Origin: Chlorokybus atmophyticus
Taxonomy: Eukaryota > Plantae > Mesostigma and Chlorokybus algae
DNA length: 41,805 bases
NCBI GenBank assembly: GCA_009103225.1
Contig: RHPI01003467.1
Location: 38,117 to 79,921 of the forward strand
Direction: 5' to 3'
Below, in pieces: positions 1 through 13,617 of the stretch (its first letter is position 1; the number at the start of each line of letters is the position of its first letter). Position numbers and translations under genes: made by a program. The notes beneath the pieces are model-generated. The model worked only from the letters and a program-made list of their open reading frames with translations. It was not told the origin of the DNA and searched no databases.

Positions 1-520
1 CCCCGAGTAGAAGGAGACTTTAACATTATCATTTTATTTTTTTACGAAGGGTGCTGTACCTAATGCATTGATAAGCATATGTAATATATGAGTTATTTTT
101 AACGGATGGATGACATCCATCCGTTGCTTTGAAAGCAAGTTTATTCCTTATGATACTTGTCATAGCATCACACCGTACGAAGTGCGTGATGCTTGCGACG
201 CGACCTTTATGTAAGAGCGCCGGCTCTTACATTAGAGAGGAGGACCTTCTTGTAGCAGATGAAATATATAACATAAACAGTATTCTAAGAAAGAGGCCGA
301 GTTGTAGTTTTACAATCGATTTTAAGCTCCTCGGCTTAAATGCATGCATTGTTAATTTATGAAATATTGTCGTATATGATTATTGACTAATACAGTAGTG
401 CACAATACGTGTTGCGTTGTTGTATATATATAATATGGTACGCATACGTACTGTATACATTCACCGTATTTCGTCGAATACAATCCCCTTACAAATAAAT
501 AAATAAATAAAGCCCCTCCC
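1..520. other. AT-rich segment with short GC-richer palindromes; possibly organelle-derived DNA (NUMT/NUPT-like)
   Basis: Hairpins aacggatggatg-a-catccatccgtt (101-125) and atgtaagagc-gccg-gctcttacat (209-232) in an AT-rich background unlike most of the window; ends at C/G homopolymers containing an N (about 505-565). No organellar gene recognised. Confidence 0.25.
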
Positions 521-2299
521 CCCCCCCTACATTTTAAAGAGGGGGGGGGGGGGGGGGGGGNAGGGTCTATTATACTTGGGTGGTAGTGTTTATGCGAGGC
601 GTTGCGCTGCGTCGCGTCAATTACACGATGCAACATGACCTGGAGCCGTGTTTGGCACGTGCGCCGAGGCGGCGCACCACAGTCGTGGCAATGCCACCAC
701 GTCATGAGCATTATTCTAGCCTTGGACTGTATACAAAATGCTAGATACCGCAATGCTTCCACCCATTGATGACAACCCCCCACTCACTGAGGGGTGTATT
801 AGGGTAGGGGGGAGTCCATGACAAAGCCCCAGATATGAGNGTAAGCACGACAGCAAAAGACATATGCATTGAATCTTGTACTGCATGCAATATCACGACA
901 ATAGCAACCATATGATTGATGTATGCACATAATAAGGGCTAACCGCTAAATACCAATTATAAATGATCGTAATCGTAATCAACCACGACCTTTAACAACA
1001 TCGCACCATGTGACAAAGCTTGCAGGCAACAGAGATGGGCACTGGTAGCAGCAAGCACAGCGACCGCATTTTCAAAAGTTGCAAGTGCAATTCACATGAA
1101 ATTTAACATCACTGGCGGTGTGTTATTAACATTGCGAAATGAATGCCATCATTGTTGTCATCGACGGACACTTTTGACACATTACATGAAATATTGCAGC
1201 ACTTTTTTTTGAATAATAGCTATATGTTAATTATGAGGAATGATGTGTATTATTGCATTGAAAAGCGCGCATGCATATGTCAGATGCGCATCATGTCCGA
1301 TGTGCATCAATGTGACATATATGCTTTGCAACATGCTAACAATTTTGATGAACATATGCTGAACACAGTTCATCAACATTGAAATTATGAAATGGTAACA
1401 TGTTAACGTATCAATTATACACGTTGTATAATTTGATACATAATATTTTCATTTTATAATGTGTGTGCGCTTGACGTATCAATAATATAGTATGGTATCA
1501 AATATGCTGTGGATTATATATTAATTGTCATGGAGTGGATTGTACACGTTTGTGCATTTTGCCTATTTAAACCGCCCATGTATGAAACATGTGACACCGC
1601 CTACATATAGCAACAACTCTTGCTGCTATGGCGTAGTGGTCAAGCGTCGTACATTAGGCAAAAAGTAATGTTACGCCTGAATTACGATCTCACATCAACA
1701 CCAAGTCGGCAATTGTCGATCGAAGAAAATTGCTTACAAAATTGATTGTTTAAGGAATTAATGCACATGGCTTGTATTCAAAGTATAACATTGAACATTC
1801 CTTACGATTTGCGCACATAAAACCAGACAAATATTACGTAGGTTGATCATGGCGAAGCCCCATGCGCCCCCCAACAGCATGGCAAGAGGCGAAATCTTAA
1901 TAAGCTCCAAGGTGACCTCATTATTAAACTGCGGCATCCTGCTACTCCCGTTGTTCGTGTTGCCGCATTCTCTTCAGCCCCGCAACCACGCATCCCCTCC
2001 CGCCCTCCGCCCTGGCGTGACGCCCCCACCCGTTTTGCAAATGGTCAAAGTCTGTCATGCAGTCTGCCATGCCTCCAGGCAACTCAGCTCACTTATAAGA
2101 TCCTTGCATGTGGTTGTGTATGTAACCAATTTAATACCTTGCCCCAACAACGTGAAGAATTCAGCCACTCACCACATGCACTGTCTTGCTGGTATCCGCT
2201 ATTGACACCAGTGTTTGCCCACCCACACACTCATCGTAATGGGGACAGCTGCTGCAGCACCACAATCGTGGACGTGTATGGATGTCAAGGTTGGTGAAC

Positions 2300-5200
2300 A
2301 GTACAACGCATACCTTGTATGGCCAGCAAACACGCCCTGCACTTCAATTCCCACTAACCTGCGACCTGAAGCTCCACTTTTGGGCCTGCAGTAACAAACG
2401 CATGTGACACCAACAAGGGTAAGCAATGCGCAATAGCGTGTACGCTATGTATTTACAAAAGGGCATAATACTCGATCCTATAAGAAGTTCCATCGATGAT
2501 TGCAGAACCTGTAGCGACTTGCACTGCCTCTCTCCTTGTTGTAAACAAGCAGTTGATGTCTTGCACCAATGGTTGTATGCCTCCAGCACAACATACTGAC
2601 ATCTCCACAGCTGCAATGGAGCCTTGGGAAGGTGAGACGGCGTACATGCAGAATGATGCCTTTCTTAGGTTATTGGCGGCAATCGATGTCAGGGCGAGTT
2701 GCTCATATTTTTGTGTATTCAACAGGGTAGACCATCCCTTTTTAAACTCTTCGCCTTGTGACCATGTCGCAATTAATCTCTCGTAACATGCCATGACAGC
2801 AACTTTGATCATACTGTCTGCATCTACAGGCTATGCTTCATGTTCTGCTTCTTGTCGCACACATCATTGTAGGGTGGTGGCAGCACATACTCCCTGGAGA
2901 CTAAAGCCTCACAGTGCTTGGCAATGAGAGCTAGGTCGCGAGTGTTAGCATCATCATTCCTGGACTTCCTGCGGCGCTTATTAAGCTGTCTTTAAGTGTC
3001 ATTGCTTAGCATCTGGTGGCAGTTCAATGGCATCGCAACCAATACGACGTTGCAACGATGTAATTGTACACATATCTCGTCGGCACGCGGGCGTTGGGGT
3101 TGAGCAGGCTGATCAGCAGATGCGGCGACCAAAGCGCTGGGTTGTGGACTAGCGTTGATGGGCTGTGTGGTGGCACTTCGCAACCGCAATATTGAAGTTG
3201 CCCTTGTCACAAAAATCCTGAACGCAGTACAGAACACCCGCGTAATACACAACAGCAACCTAATGGTGTACACAGTACTTACAAAGCACGTATCGTTGCA
3301 GACTGTGGTGTCGTTCTTGCACTTGCCTTATCCTGGCCATCATGGTTTGGACGCAGGACCGCTTATTGTTGCACCAGGTGTCAAGTTAATCTCCAGTTGT
3401 TTACTAAGGCGCCTCATTTTGGGTGACGCATTAGGGGTGTGCTAACTGGCGTTTTAATACATAGCATGCATGGTCTTAGACCATCAATACACGCAAGTAA
3501 TGAACTCCAAACAAACGGGGTCATGTTGCCTCACTGTTGAGGCTTTAACTTGCAGATCAGCCTGATGCTTGATAGAGCCTGCCTTTAATCTTGGTGAGTG
3601 CCCCGCTATTAAGTCGCTATACGACAACATCTGTATTATGCGCATGATATGTCAGGAAAGGGCTGAGAGTGGTGCGGTATTATATGATTATAAGACTGCT
3701 GCGCACCGGTGTGACATGCAGCGCGTAGATGCAAGTGACACAAGGACCTGCTGCAACATTGACCTCAGCCCACTGTCCTTTTAGCTGGCACACAACGAGA
3801 CATATTATCATAACTTCACGCAACATGGCGCCCATTCGTCGCAAATTTTACACAGCAAGTTGCCAAAGAAGCACCCATTTGTAGCACGCAGGAGCGCGTC
3901 AATGCTTGGTCCTGTGCAACTTCCTGTGTGTCAAATCTTTGCGCACACATACAACGTCAACATTGTCAATTGCGATGCTGGGATGGCCCCCGCATGTTGT
4001 GCATGCAACAACGGCATGCGTACCCAGAAGTCCTCGCGTGTGGTTTTAAATTGGCACCCATGCTTCAGCGACACAGTGGGTGAGTTCAACATTAGCAAGT
4101 GGCAGTTCCTTTGATAGATACGACACCAGTGCCGGATTACACAAGAAGAGTGATCGCCGGCATAGCTAAATCTGGCATGCCAGTCGCAAGATGTGATCCT
4201 CCAGCCTGCGGGCAGACCACTTAGCATCAGGCATTTGACTATGTGTAATGTAGTTACTTTTGGCTAGCCGTTGTGCAACACACCAGTGCTGGTGGCTGCT
4301 AGTCCAATTACATTCTCGCTCTTCACGCCACACCGCTTTCATGTGATACTTGCTGCGGACGTGTGATCTTAGTTCGTCGAGCGCGCGTGCAGTGCACATC
4401 CACCTATGCTGCTCACAGTGCACCGCTGTTGTAACTGCAGCTGCTTGGCAAATTCAACACTTCAGACCAACCGTGTGGAACTGAATGCCTTCCGTGAAGT
4501 CTGTGCCACATCTCCATGGCACTCGCAACCTGTTGAGTTGTTTGTAGTGTCGCTGATTGCGCTGCACTAAAGCACTGTGATGACAGATTAGATCGATAAT
4601 CAAACTTCGACCACTACTAGTGGCTGACTTAGTCATACAGTGTCAACATATTATGTTACCTGACTGCGCATACGATTCTACAAGCTTCCCAAACACGGTA
4701 TACCACCTATGCGCCATCAAGCGTGTGGATGGCGCAGAGTGCACAGCTCGGTTCCCAATGTGCAAGTGCAATGGCAATGGACTTGGACATAGCATTCACA
4801 GCTGAGGGCAGCTTCCTGCGCGCCACAACGTCATGGGTCTGCGCTCTGCGTGCGCCGTATCCAGCGTCTCGTGTCATGCATGCTATGCACAGGCACTCGC
4901 CCTAATGCAGCTAAAACAGCGACATGGGCAACCAGAGCAAGCTCACCCATACGCGACGGAGACATTGAGCTTTGCCATCACGTAACCCGCGTCTATGACA
5001 CTGTGACTGGTAGTCTCCAGCACTTTGGTGTTCTTTTGGACCAGTGTGTCGCCTGATGAGCTTCGCTCCCAAAGCATACTTGGCAACAATAACGGCTGCA
5101 GCGTGCTGATGTACACCAAACATGCCAGCGTTTTCCAACGGGGAGCATACGACGTCACATGCACCATGTGTGGAGCCAATTGCGCCGAGATACCACAGCG

Positions 5201-7500
5201 GTGATATGCTTGAAATTGCGAAAAATATGACCACAAACGGTTTGCGCATCAAGTGGCATGGTGCACATACAAGCACCAAGTCTCCGGCACTCTAATTGAA
5301 CAAAAACACAGCAGCTGAAGACTCAAGCATGTGATTTCACATGGAAGATTAAGTATGAACCAGGTATGCTTCTAGCCCCAAGAACCATATATGTTATGGT
5401 TATACCAGATTCATCCATATATGTAGTGACTGGTTTGGGGACTGCGAGACCATACATGGTGCGCGTTGTTGGACCGGTCGCCGATTCGTGAGCCATACTA
5501 GCGGTATATAACGGGAAATCCACACCATTAGTGGTTGTGAAGTGTACGACCGCGCATGGCCATGTAGTTGTCGCCATACTGTCATGCATACACACCAGCG
5601 ATATTCATAGCCATGCACACCACTGTTGCATGCACGCCAAGGATGGCCATAACCATGCACACCACACTGCGGTACATGCACGCCTAGGATGACCATATCC
5701 ATGCACACCATACTGGGGTGCATGCACGCCAAGGATGGCCATAACCATGCACACCACACTGTCGTGCATGCCCGCCAAGGATGGCCATAACCATGCACAC
5801 GACACTGTCGTACATGCACGCCAAGGATGGCCATAACCATACACACCACACTGGGGTGCATGCACACTATATTGCAAACTTTAAAGAACTTGAAGTGCCA
5901 ATGTTTCTTACGCCGCCTGACAATAACTGCTGCTGTACGACTACTCTGGCTGCTAGACCAATGCTGGTAGCAATCTTCATCAAATTACTCAAGTCCTATA
6001 TACATATGACAAAGACTACCGCAGTATCAGCTGTATCAAGCTGTTGTTTATACAATGGCATGCAATGTCTAAGCCTTCAAGTAGTTCTGCTTGTTTACCT
6101 CACTAAAATTTGTCTTGCGCCACTGCACTCCGGGTTGCTTGCTTTTTGCTGTCCACAAGTCATCGCTGTCATGATTTAACCGAATCCACCTTTTCGTGAT
6201 GCTAAACCAGTACAGCTCCCTGGCTTTGCTTATCATGCTAGGCGCCTTTGAGCTGCGCTTGATGAGGCTATCATACGAGGACCAGTGGCTGGCCATAAGT
6301 TCATTCATCAGGCTCGCATCATTGGATTGGCACTGTCACAGATGCATGCAGCAGCCTTCATCACCATGAAGTTATTGACTGGCGTGTTACAGCTGCCGTT
6401 GAAGTTGATATTTTGTACAAGTATACCTTATTAAGATCACATCATGGGCAACAGCAATGCACTATGTACAATATTTAACTGGTTCAGCACACGGTCATGC
6501 ACCACATACCTCCTGGTCAAGTGCTGCTGCGTGCATTGTGCTATCGGGCCATCCTTGTAGGTCTTGCATGCAGAACTCTAGCCGACATGGCTCCTCAAAT
6601 GGAATGTTGCTGCACCTGCTACATGGGCAAGTAGCCTTGCGCACGCTCTGGAATGTTGGCCACTCAATCATGCCTCCCACCTGCTACACAAAATAGTTGC
6701 GGTCATGTAATAACAATGCAACAATCACATGCGAAACCAAAGTGCAGGCTATTTACGCATTTGATGAGGCGATGCGCTGGCTCACCATGCCAGCCAACCT
6801 TTTCTGTTGCTGGAATGCAGATGCGCGGTGCGGTCTGCTCACAAGGGTTGAACCGCGCTATTAACTTCAGCTCCACCTCAAAGGTACGGCATACGCTACT
6901 ACTGTTGGCGGCTTTGACTTTCACTGTGCCGACGGGGATGTATAGATACATGGGGCAGGCACATCGGCCTGTTTTGCCGCTGCAAGACATGATGGTTAGA
7001 GAGTCTCTAGTAGAGACACTAAGGGCATGGTGGTCGCCCTCAAGAACCAGAGCCCTGATTTTCTTTTTGGTGCATCCAATCGGATCTCAAACTTTGTGGA
7101 TGTGACCTGTGCGGAGGATCACTTTGTGGCGAGGTCGTGCCTCGCAGCCCTCCACCCCCATGGCGGATAAGGGCGGTCTTCCAGCGGGATCAGCAAATCA
7201 GAAGCCATGTTCGCCTGATCAGTGCACGTGATCCACCCAACGAGTATGCCGCAGCTCGTAAGCCGCCTGTCTAGATTTCGCCATTGCCGGCAAGGTTGAT
7301 GAGGCCCGGGCACCATCCTCGCCCTACACTACGGTCTTGCAACAAAGGGCACGACATCAAGGGCTACGTAGCGAAGGACTAGAGTAAGAGTTGCAGAACC
7401 AACGACCGCTAGTGGCGAATTGAAACCAGGAATGCCATCACGAAGGAATGATTCCAATGCAGTTGCTTTCATAATTGTGACGTAGCCGAACAGGCCATGG
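2300..7500 (-). pseudogene. Decayed multi-exon coding region W, family unknown; boundaries approximate
   Basis: Series of protein-like minus-strand ORF fragments (2453-2812, 3931-4423, 4943-5236, 6069-6308, 6495-6680, 6703-6990), several ending at GTGAG/GTAAG donors, broken by stops and frameshifts. No catalytic motif recognised. Confidence 0.3.
5612..5867. repeat. Tandem minisatellite, 46-bp unit, about 5.5 copies
   Basis: Unit approximates catgcacaccacactgcggtacatgcacgccaaggatggccataac. Confidence 0.9.
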
Positions 7501-7774
7501 TGCGTGAACCTGCATCATTCCGTGCACAAGCGCTTGCATCGAAACAATACACGAATTCCTCGTGATGGGAATGTTGCTGCATTGCTTATCTCAACAGATG
7601 GAATCATGCACGGTACTAGCCATCTTCTCAAGGCAGCTGCATGTACAAATCTAGCCTAGGATGGTAACTATTGTTGGTGGCATGCTAGCACGTCAATGTC
7701 AGCTTGCTAAGTGCTTATGCGCGCTTAATGTGCCTCATGTACCCGCAGCATGTATACTCCTTGACTCAATATCT

Positions 7775-8443
7775 TTAGTAGTGAGTCAATCTAATGACAA
7801 TCAATTAATTAAGTATGATATTCGATATCTTACAATGCCTCACTACTTATCTCCCCTCACACATGAGTAGTGTCTCATATTCATATGTATACCTTGTTAG
7901 ATGGGAAACAAGCAATGAGTCAACCAATGACAATCAATTAATCAATTATGATACTCGATATCTTACAATGCCTCACTACTTGTCTTCCCTCACACATGGG
8001 TAGTGTACCATAAGCATGTGTACACCTTGTTAGATGGGAGACAAGTAGTAAGTCAATGAATGACAATCAATTAATCAATTACAATACTCAATATTTTACA
8101 ATGTTTGACTACTTGTCTCCCCCTCACACATCATGGTACACTACCCATGATGGGTAGTGTACCATAAGCATGTGTACACCTTCTTAGATGGGAGACAAGT
8201 AGTGAGTCCATTACTGACAATCAGTTAATCAAGTATAATACTCAATATCTTACAATGCCTCACTACTTGTCTCCTCGTCACACATGGGTAGTGTACCATA
8301 AGCATGTGTACACCTTTGATGGATGGGAGACAAGTAGTGAGTCAATTAATGACTATCAATTCATTAATCATCATATTTAATATCTTTCAATGCCCCACTG
8401 GTCTCCCCCTCACACATATGTAGTGTACCATAAGCATGTGTAC
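7775..8443. repeat. Tandem repeat, about 133-bp unit, about 5 diverged copies
   Basis: Anchor gacaatcaattaa recurs (with variants) at 7796, 7929, 8062, 8216 and 8351 (spacings 133, 133, 154, 135). Confidence 0.92.
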
Positions 8444-9299
8444 TAAGCAGCAGAGCTACAAAGCAGCTGGAGCTGCATGGACACCTTGTTCTAGTAGGAA
8501 TAACTGTGGGTGTATTGGCAAGTGCAATGCTGATGTGACGTGCGTGTTGGCGCTGTGTCGGTGGTGAGGCAAGAAAGCGCTAATCAATGGTAGGGTTGCA
8601 TTGTGCATGTTGCATGTTGCATTGTGGTTTTGTTGACTGGCGGCGCTACGAGGAGAAGTTGTAGTGGTTGTTGGCGAGCCGGCGTCGCTGCTTGGCAACT
8701 GCGCCTAGGCTAATTGGCAGGTGGGTTGCTGCGATATGCTGACTGCTGGGATGTGATCAATGCCCATGCGCACATGGCTATGGTCGCAGTTACGTCGGTG
8801 CCTAGCAAGCGAGTGCTGCGCCCACTAGTTGTGTTCGCCAAAGAACGAAGGTGCATGCATGTCCATGCTGTACCAAGTGCAGTGCATGTTATTGATCAAA
8901 ACATAACGACAACGACTCAATGGTATCAAATGCAGCCTGGCACCTCGAGGCTCACTCCTCAGCGTCACGCTGCAGCTGAGGGTTACGCACGCTGTGTACA
9001 TATGTGTCATACCGGTCGCCCAAGAGTCCTAATGTACAAGCCTTCAGTAGCATTGTGTTGTAGACATTGTACAGCTGAACACTGTGTTAGTTCAACAATT
9101 GCACCTGTTGTACAACAGCATCTACCAATTCCAATATTAATCGTTTTGTGCCAGTGCACTTGCATGCAAAAAGCTGGCAAATTGTTCGTGATAAGAACAA
9201 TGCTGCCCTGCGCATCTTAACACAACAAATCATGCATGTTACTAGCCAATCTCTTCACGCAGCATGTGGTAGTCTTGGGGCGAATGGCTGTTATCGTCA

Positions 9300-10714
9300 A
9301 TGGCATTTTGGCGCATAAACGGCATCGCGCCAGGTGATTATGATTTCTTGGCTTACGACACTCTGCTTGCTTAGTTTACCTCTTTAATTATGTACACTTA
9401 GCATGCGTGGTGCTCGTGGGTAGGGACATTGCCACAGCACAACTTGTTGGAGAAATATGCCATGATCACATGTCAGACCCATGGCATTGCCAGACATAGT
9501 ATTGCGGACACAGTAACGTGTGGCATCACTGCTGTACTTTAAAGTTGCACAGCTAACGCAAGCACGCAGTTCATCCGCCCACATCTTCCCTACGTATCTA
9601 AGCAGCGGCATGCGTGCGGCTGCGGGATGTCTTTTATGCATCGGATTTTCCCTGCTTGCCCATTGTTGCCCAGAGCGCGGCATCCGGAGGCAGACTGATG
9701 ATGAGGGTCTTGAACACGGCTGCTGCAATGTTAGCCTCGAGCTGCCACTTGTCTGCTGAGATTAACTCATTGCGACCCGTCGATGCACTTGTCGATGCCA
9801 CGAGAGGGTTATAAAAAGCACTGCCAGCCACCTCTTCGTCACCGGCCGGCTCCAGTCTCAAACCTCTTAGCGCATCGCATATGAGTACTGCAAACATTAC
9901 AACAAGGCCCGCGGTCAGTCTGAGTGCGGCAGAGACCAATGACGTTGACTACCAGTACATGTCATGTACCAATGGCCCTGGCGACGGCAGTGGTTGGCAA
10001 CGACTGCAAGCAAACTCAACCATGGCAACTTGATCACCTCACCCAAGGGCGCCATTGGAGCATCCCATAGTGCCGCCAGCAGACCGGCGTTTATGAGGAT
10101 CTCGAATCCCTCCTTCTCGGGACTTCAGTTAGCCGGACTGACTGTGCACTCTTCAGGGTTTGTGTTAACATGCGAAGCACAAATCGCCACCGTGACAAGG
10201 GGCCCGTACTATTGGAGACGCAAATTAGCAGCAGCTCTGACAAGGCCGCCTACGATTTCAGTACATCATATGTATGCGCTCCACCGTCACGGTCAACTCA
10301 CTGCTGCCGTTAACCACCAGATTCCGACTCGGTTAACCGCAATGCAGCCTTTATCAGACGCTCCAAGCCACCCAGCGCAGTGCGCATCGTTGCATGACTC
10401 GTGTCCCGTTCTCAACAGTAATTGCCGGCAAAGCCTCTACCATGCTGACGACGCCGATGCGTTGCATGTCAAGTGGCGGGAGCCCACCCAGGATGCGGTA
10501 CAATGCTACCCCCCCACCTGCCATTCAACTGCTGCGGCCGATTGAGTCTACAGATGGTCAAGTTCAAGATTGTCGCGCATCGCAAACTGTACCTGCTTCA
10601 AGTCGCGATTGCCCCTCCTTGAGTACTTGGCTTTCTACCAAAAGCAGAACTCGCGCAAGCGCATAAGCCTTCGGCGCCTCGCCCTCAAGCTGCACAATTA
10701 AAAACGGCATCAGC
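9300..10714 (-). pseudogene. 3' portion of decayed gene X (unknown family), split from its 5' portion by element E1; left boundary approximate
   Basis: Exon LMPFLIVQLEGEAPKAYALARVLLLVESQVLKEGQSRLEA followed by a GTACAG donor; further fragments at 9634-9939 and about 9960-10540 contain stops. Frame joins 23176 onward when E1 is removed. Confidence 0.45.
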
Positions 10715-11152
10715 CACACCGCTTGACGTTTTTGGACCACAAATGGTCCGTACCTCCGAACCAGGAATTCCCCAGCTAATTGAAAACGACGGAGCATAGA
10801 CGATCCGATGTTCATTGATAGTCGGACCATGTATGGTCTGAATGTCACGTCATATGTCCTCATGTCCCTTGGTACGCACCAATTAAAGTCCGGCTGATTT
10901 TTGTTGTGTCAGGACAAGGTATGGTTCGGCCAGCGGACCACGGACCAGGTCAAATAAAAAGATATAATTCCCATCCATACTAGTCCGAACAGCAAACCAT
11001 GGACCGAAAAGTGTTATAATTTACGAAATAATGAGTACAAAGGCAGTAAAAGTTGCGCCATTTACAGCCGACGGCACCGACCACGCCCGACGTGCGGCGC
11101 ATGAGGCCACGGCGATCCCCGCGGCATCACTGAAATGGTTCGTCAAGAACAA

Positions 11153-11224
11153 GCATTGAGTCGAATTCAATCTTAAGACCTTTAGCATGCAAAGGTGACG
11201 CCCTAACCACTAAGCTACAAGTGC
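11153..11224 (-). pseudogene. Degenerate tRNA-Ala(TGC)-like sequence (tRNA pseudogene or SINE head)
   Basis: 72 nt: GCACTTG TAGCTTAGTGGTTAGGGC G TCACC TTTGCAT GCTAA AGGTC ...; A-box, anticodon loop and variable region recognisable, stems and T-loop decayed. Confidence 0.55.
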
Positions 11225-11467
11225 ATGTACCGTACTAGCATAGTGAGGTTGCAGTGGTGTCTAAACACCTTTTCATATAAGCATCGGACAGCCTCCGGGT
11301 GTACACAGGCCAATTGAGTCGGGGACGTAAAATGTTCCTTCCTAACTGTGAATCACATGTATCATTCACAACCATCGATATCACAATTTTGTGAGTAGTA
11401 GCGAAGATGTCAATAAACTGGCGGTCTCCTGCCAATGCTGGTAGGCTGCTGCAAGGGCGGTGGGGTT

Positions 11468-11525
11468 GGGGCGGCGGCGGCGGCGGCGGTGGAGGAGGAG
11501 GAGGAGGAGAAGGAGGAGAAGAAGA
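11468..11525. repeat. (GGC)n/(GGA)n/(GAA)n trinucleotide low-complexity run
   Basis: Directly visible; source of the poly-Pro/poly-Gly ORFs in the track. Confidence 0.9.
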
Positions 11526-12221
11526 AGGGGCGGCGGCGGTGGTCGTTCTCGTAGTTCTGGTTGAGAAGAAGAAGCGGCGGTGGTTCCGAAGGTGACAGCT
11601 GCCACTAGGCGATTTGTGAGCTTGCAGGACGGTCAAGCGGAAGCAGAGCTGCGGGACGGCGGGAGGTGCTGATGTTGCGGCTTGTGTTGTTTGTTGTTGC
11701 TCTCGCTGTTGATGTCGATTTCGGTGTTGTTGCGGCTATGGTGTTAGTGAATTGTACATTTCTGCAAGTCAAAGTGTGCGCACGTGTTATCAATATGCTA
11801 TACAGCGAGAAGTTGCTAGCCACCAGCAAATTCTTTTATTTGCTAGTGGCCAGCAACTAGTAATAAACTAAATGCACCGTAAATGCATTGGCACCACAAA
11901 TGCGTGCACGCAAGGCTAGCATGCAACTGAAACTTGACGCTTGCATTGCAGCCTATGGCGCCAGCACAAGCAGTCAAAGAGACATTGGCCGAGTTGACTC
12001 CTGCTGAGCCGCTATAATTGTGAAGCGTAGTGTAATGCTGGAGTTAACCGTTTCCTATACTTAGCTTCTTAGTGCCCCTCAGTTGACTGTGCAATATGTA
12101 ACTACAACGGCTTGTGAATACATACGCGCAAGCACAACACATGCTTCAACCTTGCTTGCTGCTTCGCTGCACGGGCGTGCACCCAATCACCATCTTTTTA
12201 CTAAAGTGTTCTTGCCGCTGA

Positions 12222-12222
<1 letters not shown>

Positions 12223-12264
<42 letters not shown>
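12223..12264. repeat. (CA)21 microsatellite
   Basis: Directly visible. Confidence 0.95.
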
Positions 12265-12265
<1 letters not shown>

Positions 12266-13617
12266 TCTCTGTCCATACCCACATAGAGACTCATCTGGTT
12301 GGCTGCCGCAGGCCTCTTGCTTTAGCGTAACAAGGCATGCTGGTGTCCTCGCCAGGCAACCTTGCGATTGATTTTGTCAACCTATGCTTTGGCAATCACT
12401 CTCGCTGTTAGTGGCCACCATCACACTCAAAAGGATATAGACTAACTTGTACGCCCAGTGTATCACGCTCTGCACTTCTGTGGCAGCCTAGCATGCCTGC
12501 TGATTAATGGCTGACGTGCAGGTGAGCTGTGGCAACAACTTCGGCGAGTGAAGCATGCTAACAGGTAAACCCCATCGACATTTGCGTGACAAGGTTGGAC
12601 ATGCAAGCAACTTAGCTTACTGCGTGACACTTGCTTATGGCACGTGCAAATTTGGCTATGTGTGTTTTGTGCAGTGCGTGCGTGCAAGTTTTCCCTTGCA
12701 GTGCCCAGGATAGGAAAGGAGGTCCTTTTCGCTCTGCATGGGTAGACAAGAAGGTTGCTTACTTGGTTGCTTGAAACTGCAAGCACAGCATAAACACACG
12801 CTTGCATAAGAGTTAAAATGACTAAATGACACATCATGCAGATGTTGCAAGTAGGGAAGGATGTGAACGCCACTCACCTTGACCCACTACAACACTGGCT
12901 TGGTACGATCATGTTGTCTATAGTGATGTTGTGGGTATGTTTACGTGCATACAGCTGAGATGAGCAATTCGCTTGTGACAGTCAGTGCAGGCTTTTCCCT
13001 TGCAACTTGCAGTTTGCATGCTTGTGTGACTCCTCTTTTGTTGTTCTCGCTGCCAGACATCCAACACTCAAGCGGACTGCTAAGATTGCCATAATGCATT
13101 ATCAAGCGCCTTCAAGTGCCAGCTCGCAAATTCCAGTGGCACGGCACAGTTTGAGATTAGCTCTCAAGGATAGACCTTGCCCATCATACAGATGGCTGCC
13201 CTAAGTATCTATTTGCTTAACTCTTTATGCTGGCTGCAAGTCACATGCCGACCCTTGTCAATGACTTGAGTGCTTGGGGTCCAGCACCCTTGCTCACGCG
13301 AGCATTGCGTTGGCGCAACGTGGGGAGGTCGGCGACATTGTTTGGCAGCGTGGGCGAGTCTCATGCTCCCTCATTGCTATTATTGCAACACTCGTTAAGC
13401 ATTATTGCTGCTTCTGCACAACATCATCACCATCAACGCCAACACAATGCACCAATAAGATGGAGCATGTTCCCCGTTATGGCAGCTGCGTTATGTTGCT
13501 TGTAATCTCAAGTAAGTGCAACTATGGCAAGCATTGCATTGTGACTGAAGCCGCACCCGTATGGACACGCTATTGCTCTCGTATGCGATGTCTTAGCAAG
13601 CACTTTTGCAGGCAAGC

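Noticed and set aside
160-210. Group II intron domain V
   Set aside because: Only ccgtacg resembles it; no catalytic triad stem geometry or domain VI recognised.
796-810. Telomeric repeat (ttagggtaggg)
   Set aside because: Only one or two units.
7775-8443. CRISPR-like array
   Set aside because: Whole units are homologous; there are no unique spacers and no cas genes, and the context is eukaryotic.
11235-11860. Poly-Pro/Gly/Leu ORFs as an extensin-like gene
   Set aside because: Generated by trinucleotide runs in all frames; no domain or splice support.
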